DNA of 41,260 bases from Basidiobolus meristosporus CBS 931.73. Its lineage: Eukaryota > Fungi > Basidiobolomycota. The DNA is taken from contig MCFE01000736.1 of the NCBI GenBank assembly GCA_002104905.1, positions 1 through 41,260 on the forward strand, in the 5' to 3' direction. The position numbers and the translations under genes are program-made. Below are positions 36,157 to 41,260 of this stretch, in pieces (within the stretch, counting starts at the first letter, position 1; every line of letters begins with the position of its first letter). The notes beneath the pieces are model-generated. The model was not told the origin of the DNA and made no database searches. It was given only the letters and a program-made list of their open reading frames with translations.

Positions 36157-38852
36157 AGGGTTAGGGGGGAGACAGTCACCAACAGGTGAAATCTTTATTT
36201 CAGTAGAAACAATGAAGCCAGCGCTACTGTTGTAGCTTTGATATAAGAGTGTGTAGCTGAGGGGAATTTGTAGGTAAGTTAATAAGAAGTGATGATAGTT
36301 CATCAGTGCTCAAGACACTGTTCAGTGGGAAGGGGGGTAGCAAGAGAGGTAAGAATGACTTGTGAACAGCATTAATGAGGGGAATGTGATAAGGATTGAT
36401 ATTCATCATAAAGGGAGTGTGCTGCTGCAGATATTGCTGCCAAAGGTCTGTCAAGTACTTCAGGTAGGCCAGCTTGGGTTTTTCTGACTGCATGTTGTGC
36501 ATCAACATTTAAAACTTAGCCAGTTTTTCTCTGTTTGAAAATCTAGTACCCTAACTGATTTTCCCTAACCCAAACATAACAAATCCCAGTTACAGTTTAT
36601 TTTATCCCACCTCAGAATCTATTTTTAGCTATCACACCTGATCTATTTTCAAATGATCATTACATTATCAACCTATCTGCCAAGCCTTCCCAGGTGATTA
36701 GTCATCTGAGATCTATCCAACCACTGTGCAGTTGCCAAGGCATCAGTTGATTGATGATGTAATTTTCATTTATCTTATGCACCTATGAACATCCAGTCCC
36801 TTGGCGCTTACTAATTCAACTTGATCAGAAAAGTATAAATAAAGTTTACTAAACCTTTTGGTTTAGGGTGTGTCTCAACAAAATTAAGATTCTGTCTCAG
36901 CAAAAATAAGAATCCAACAATTCCGTTCTAGTTTCCATCCAAGCCTAGTATATCTAGCACTCCAAAGAACACCAAGCCTAGCCTGCCTAGCCAACAAATA
37001 TCATTGCCTTTATAGCCAACCCAGCTATATCCAAGACCAACATTAGATCAGAATCTTTCTGCTAATATTTCCGCCACTCTTTGACAATTCTAAGATTCTG
37101 CACTTAATTGTCCCTTTGGTTCAGTTAAACCATTCAAGAGTTTTATTACACTTTCTCTTGGACTCAACACTGCAGAATAAATTGAGCAAACTTCTTGACT
37201 TCAGGATTTCCAAGTATAGTTCTCCAGCAAGAGCCAGGTGTAGTGTGGTATGTTCTCTTCCAGGCCTTAATCAGTGGGTTGTTGCAGTGGTGAAGTTTGA
37301 GATATAATCTGGTTCTAAGGTAGAGAAGTCTGATCTTATAGGGCATAAACCCAAAAGCACCAAGAATAGCATGTCTGTAGGGGCATTCAGGCAAATGAGG
37401 CACCATGAGGTAATGCACCATACTGCAAACTTGTCAAGCTTAGTGCAGTCTCTAGAAGTAAGAGAGAGAAGTTGTAAGCCAAATTGCAGGACAGGGAAGA
37501 CAAACTGCTTGAGTAGAAGGAGGCAGCTGGGAGCTGAAGTTGTAGGAGGAGTAACAGCCAGTAGCTTGTGGAGTGCCTGTCTTGCAAGGATAATTCTCTT
37601 CTTCAGGTGTGCCCCAGAGTCTAGTCCAGTAGGAAGGAAAGGAAAGCCAAGATATGTAGCAGAAACCTGAGCAGGTAGAGTGGAGTTCTCCAAGTTGATG
37701 GGAGAGCCCAAAGGTACTGTCTTTGCAATGGAAAGCTGGAGATTATTCTTCTGCAGATACTAATGGATGGTCTGGGAGTCTTGTTGCATATTGGAGGAGG
37801 ATATTCTGATGTCATCAGCAAAGAGAGTAACCAGGCAGTCAGCTGAGAGTCTTGGAAATTATTCAGGAAGATGGTAAACAGTATAGGACCAAGCACAGAG
37901 CCTTGAACCACCCCATTTGAAACTGAGAACACAGCTGATTGCTCACTTGGGTGAAGAATTCTTGCTTGTGGATCCAGAAACAGAGACCTGACAAGGAGGG
38001 TGAGAGAGGTACTGGAGAAGCATTGCAACTTGGACCAAAGCAGATTTCTGTCAACTGAATCAAAGGCCTTAGTAATATCAAACAGAACAGAGGGATACTT
38101 GCACTGGAGAGAGTGATATTGGCTAAGTATGACTGCATATTCCAAGGAGAGGCCAGGAACAAAGCCAAACTGTGCAGGGTGAAACTTGAGGGAGTCAGAG
38201 TAGAGCTCCTGAGCAAGCAGAAGCTCAAACACCTTTCTGCAGGTGGGCAGCAGAGATATTGGCCTGTAGGAGCTAGGATCCAGGTGCTTTCCTTTATCCT
38301 TGTACAGTGGCAGAACATTTGCAAAGGACCATTCATCAGGAGTAGAAAGCTTGGCTGAGCATTGCTGAAACAGTGGAAGCAGAAGTGCAAACATGGCCTT
38401 AGTATTAGTCTTCAGAAGCTCATAGGAGATTGTGTCCACACCTGGAGCAGTTGGGTTGGGAAGCCTCTTGAGCACATTATGGATTCTCCCTTGATCAAGT
38501 GCAAGTGGGATGGGCAGAGTCTTGAAGTCAGGATGAAAACCAGGAGTTGAGTACTGCTTTGTATAGAAGAAGATGCCAGCCAGCTGTTCTGTTGAGGGTA
38601 ACTTCCTGGAAGAGGGCCTCATTGCCCTGTAGAGTCTTGATACTGTTCTTGTTATAGAGTTGGAAGATTGCAGAGGCAAAGAACTTATAATATGATCCCA
38701 GAGCTGAGTATGCAGAGTGTGGTGAATTGCCTTGGAGTGGTGTATTGCTTTCAGGAGGAGTTTCTCTGTTTTTGGGTTAGGGAAACTCAGGTAGCTTTGT
38801 TGCAGGGCTGAAACAATGGATTCCCATTATCTTGAAGTAACAGCAGTAGTAT
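36155..38852 (-). mobile_element. LINE-type retroelement copy 2 with RT domain, frameshifted, 5'-truncated, split by a solo LTR
   Basis: RT motifs APGVD, YRPISLL, QFGF, DITKAFDSV and GVVQGSVLGPILF, then a frameshift before LFADDI (~37850). The sequence at 36488-36492 resumes at 37170-37174. Confidence 0.9.
36493..37169. mobile_element. Solo LTR (677 bp) with a 5-bp target-site duplication
   Basis: TGTTG...CAACA termini with CTGCA on both sides (36488-36492 and 37170-37174); it interrupts LINE copy 2. Confidence 0.88.
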
Positions 38853-38969
38853 TTAGGGGGGGGGATGATAATCACCACAGGGTGAAATCTTTATTTAAAT
38901 AATAAATAAAGAAGCCAAACTTCAATATGAATATTTGAGATGCAGTAAGCCTAAAAGTTAAGCTTGGAC
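38853..38969 (-). mobile_element. Short type-C unit sharing only the retroelement 3' terminal signal
   Basis: TTAG9, tcacc-acag-ggtga, aatctttatt and aaagaagcca; the remaining sequence is unlike the LINE 3' end. Confidence 0.6.
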
Positions 38970-39288
38970 TTAGGGGGGAGGAAAGTCACCAAGTGGTGAA
39001 ATCTTTATTTACTTATGACAAGTATCTAAAGAAGCCAAGTTAATCTGAAGTTTTTCCTAGAAAGCTAGGTCTGAGAGATATCTTCCTGGTAAGCCAGGTC
39101 TGAGAGTTGAGAAGCTGAGTGGTACTATATTTCCTAGTTAGCTAGGTCTGAGAGTGGTTTCCTGGAAAGCCAGGCCTGAGAAGTGAGAATCTGAATATAT
39201 CTGAGCTAAGTTATCATGGTTTGCGGTAGCTGAATTGTGGCCGGAATGGCCAGTAGACTGGGGGAACTGAGAGGAATTTCTGGGCGAT
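38970..39288 (-). mobile_element. Type-B non-coding unit (putative non-autonomous partner or 3' UTR of a second family) with four tandem hairpins
   Basis: TTAG6, tcacc-aagt-ggtga and aaagaagcca. A second, shorter and near-identical copy lies at 40248-40357. Confidence 0.7.
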
Positions 39289-40247
39289 TTAGGGGGGAGA
39301 CAGTCACCAACAGGTGAAATCTTTATTTCAGTTGAAACAAAGAAGCCAGCGCTACTGTTGTAGCTTTGATACAAGAGTGTGTAGCTGAGGGGAATTTGTA
39401 GGTAAGTTAATAAGAAGTGATGATAGTTCTTCAGTGCTCAAGACACTGTTCAGTGGGAAGGGGGGTAGCAAGAGAGGTAAGAATGACTTGTGAACAACAT
39501 TAATGAGGGGAATGTGATAAGGATTGATATTCATCATAAAGGGAGTGTGCTGCTGCAGATATTGCTGCCAAAGGTGTGTCAAGTACTTCAGGTAGGCCAG
39601 CTTGGGTTTTTCTGACTGCAGAATATAGTGAGCAAACTTCTTGACTTCAGGATCTCCAAGTATAGTTCTCCAGCAGGAGCCAGGTGTTGTGTGGTGTGTT
39701 CTCTTCCAGGCCTTAATCAGTGGGTTGTTGCAGTTGTGAAGTCTGAGGTATAATCTGGTTCTAAGGTAGAGAAGTCTGATCCTATAGGGCATAAACCCAA
39801 AAGCACCAAGAATAGCATGTCTGTAGGGGCATTCAGGCAAATGAGGCACCAAGGAGGTAATGCACCATACTGCAAACTTGTCAAGCTTAGTGCAGTCTCT
39901 AGAAGTAAGAGAGAGAAGTGGTAAGCCAAATTCCAGGACAGGGAAGACAAACTGCTTGAGTAGAAGGAGGCAGCTGGGAGCTGAAGTTGTAGGAGGAGTA
40001 ACAGCCAGTAGCTTGTGGAGTGCCTGTCTTGCCAGGATAATTCTCTTCTTCAGGTGTGCTCCAGAGTCTAGTCCAGTAGGAAGGAAAGGAAAGCCAAGAT
40101 ATGTAGCAGAAACCTGAGCAGGTAGAGTGGAGTTCTCCAAGTTGATGGGAGAGCCCAAAGGTACTGTCTTTGCAATGGAAAGCTGGAGATTATTCTTCTG
40201 CAGATACTGGTGGATGGTCTGGGAGTCTTGTTGCACATTGGAGGAGG
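39289..40247 (-). mobile_element. LINE-type retroelement, 5'-truncated copy 3 with an intact post-RT ORF
   Basis: Open 305-codon frame 39352..40269, near-identical to copies 2 and 4, truncated just after the FADD-region codons. Confidence 0.9.
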
Positions 40248-40357
40248 TTAGGGGGAGGAAAGTCACCAAGTGGTGAAATCTTTATTTACTTATGACAAGT
40301 ATCTAAAGAAGCCAAGTTAATCTGAAGTAATTCCTAGAAAGCTAGGTCTGAGAGATA
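40248..40357 (-). mobile_element. Type-B unit, second truncated copy
   Basis: Near-identical to 38970-39080, including hairpin 1. Confidence 0.75.
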
Positions 40358-41260
40358 TTAGGGGGGAGACAGTCACCAACAGGTGAAATCTTTATTTCAG
40401 TTGAAACAAAGAAGCCAGCGCTACTGTTGTAGCTTTGATACAAGAGTGTGTAGCTGAGGGGAATTTGTAGGTAAGTTAATAAGAAGTGATGATAGTTCTT
40501 CAGTGCTCAAGACACTGTTCAGTGGGAAGGGGGGTAGCAAGAGAGGTAAGAATGACTTGTGAACAACATTAATGAGGGGAATGTGATAAGGATTGATATT
40601 CATCATAAACAGAGTGTGCTGCTGCAGATATTGCTGCCAAAGGTCTGTCAGGTACTTCAGGTAGGCCAGCTTGGGTTTTTCTGACTGCAGAATATATTCA
40701 GCAAACTTCTTGACTTCAGGATCTCCAAGTATAGTTCTCCAGCAGGAGCCAGGTGTTGTGTGGTGTGTTCTCTTCCAGGCCTTAATCAGTGGGTTGTTGC
40801 AGTTGTGAAGTCTGAGGTATAATCTGGTTCTAAGGTAGAGAAGTCTGATCTCATAGGGCATAAACCCAAAAGCACCAAGAATAGCATGTCTGTAGGGGCA
40901 TTCAGGCAAATGAGGCACCAAGGAGGTAATGCACCATACTGCAAACTTGTCAAGCTTAGTGCAGTCTCTAGAAGTAAGAGAGAGAAGTGGTAAGCCAAAT
41001 TCCAGGACAGGGAAGACAAACTGCTTGAGTAGAAGGAGGCAGCTGGGAGCTGAAGTTGTAGGAGGAGTAACAGCCAGTAGCTTGTGGAGTGCCTGTCTTG
41101 CCAGGATAATTCTCTTCTTCAGGTGTGCTCCAGAGTCTAGTCCAGTAGGAAGGAAAGGAAAGCCAAGATATGTAGCAGAAACCTGAGCAGGTAGAGCGGA
41201 GTTCTCCAAGTTGATGGGAGAGCCCAAAGGTACTGTCTTTGCAATGGAAAGCTGGAGATT
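40358..41260 (-). mobile_element. LINE-type retroelement copy 4, runs off the right edge of the window
   Basis: Open frame 40421..>41227 differing from copy 3 by only a handful of substitutions; TTAG6 3' junction at 40358. Confidence 0.9.

Noticed and set aside
35347-37169. ~310-bp inverted repeat read as the TIRs of a DNA transposon
   Set aside because: The right arm is the end of a 677-bp solo LTR with its own CTGCA TSD, and the left arm is a truncated copy of that LTR. No shared TSD flanks the pair.
39056-39174. CRISPR-like array
   Set aside because: Eukaryotic context, only four short degenerate units, irregular 15-34 bp spacing and no cas genes.
39050-39200. Hammerhead ribozyme (as in Penelope-like elements)
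   Set aside because: The repeated ctgagag does not fit CUGANGA, and no GAAA core with three stems could be assembled.

Overview
Eukaryotic genomic DNA. The short (~50-100 bp) GT-AG introns and the gene set suggest an early-diverging fungus; this is an inference and no species is assigned. Bases 1 to ~34.1 kb are gene-dense: GAL10-type epimerase divergent from two tandem GAL1-type galactokinases; a PDI-like ER protein without canonical CGHC sites; a 12-exon fusion of heme peroxidase fold, DOMON, cytochrome b561, cytochrome b5 and FAD/NAD reductase; MPG1; a CLASP-like TOG protein; an aldehyde dehydrogenase; an SR splicing factor; a STRA6-like membrane protein; a small 4-TM protein; and a metallo-beta-lactamase-fold hydrolase. 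At ~34.9 kb CpG almost disappears. From 35.66 kb to the window edge lies a strictly polarised head-to-tail array of 5'-truncated LINE-type retroelement copies plus short non-coding partners. All seven 3' ends carry the same hairpin and join the preceding sequence through TTAG(5-9) or TTAGGG, as expected for chromosome-end-capping retroelements. This array and the peroxidase/electron-transfer fusion are the strongest candidates for an undescribed system. All splice models and alignments were made by eye.
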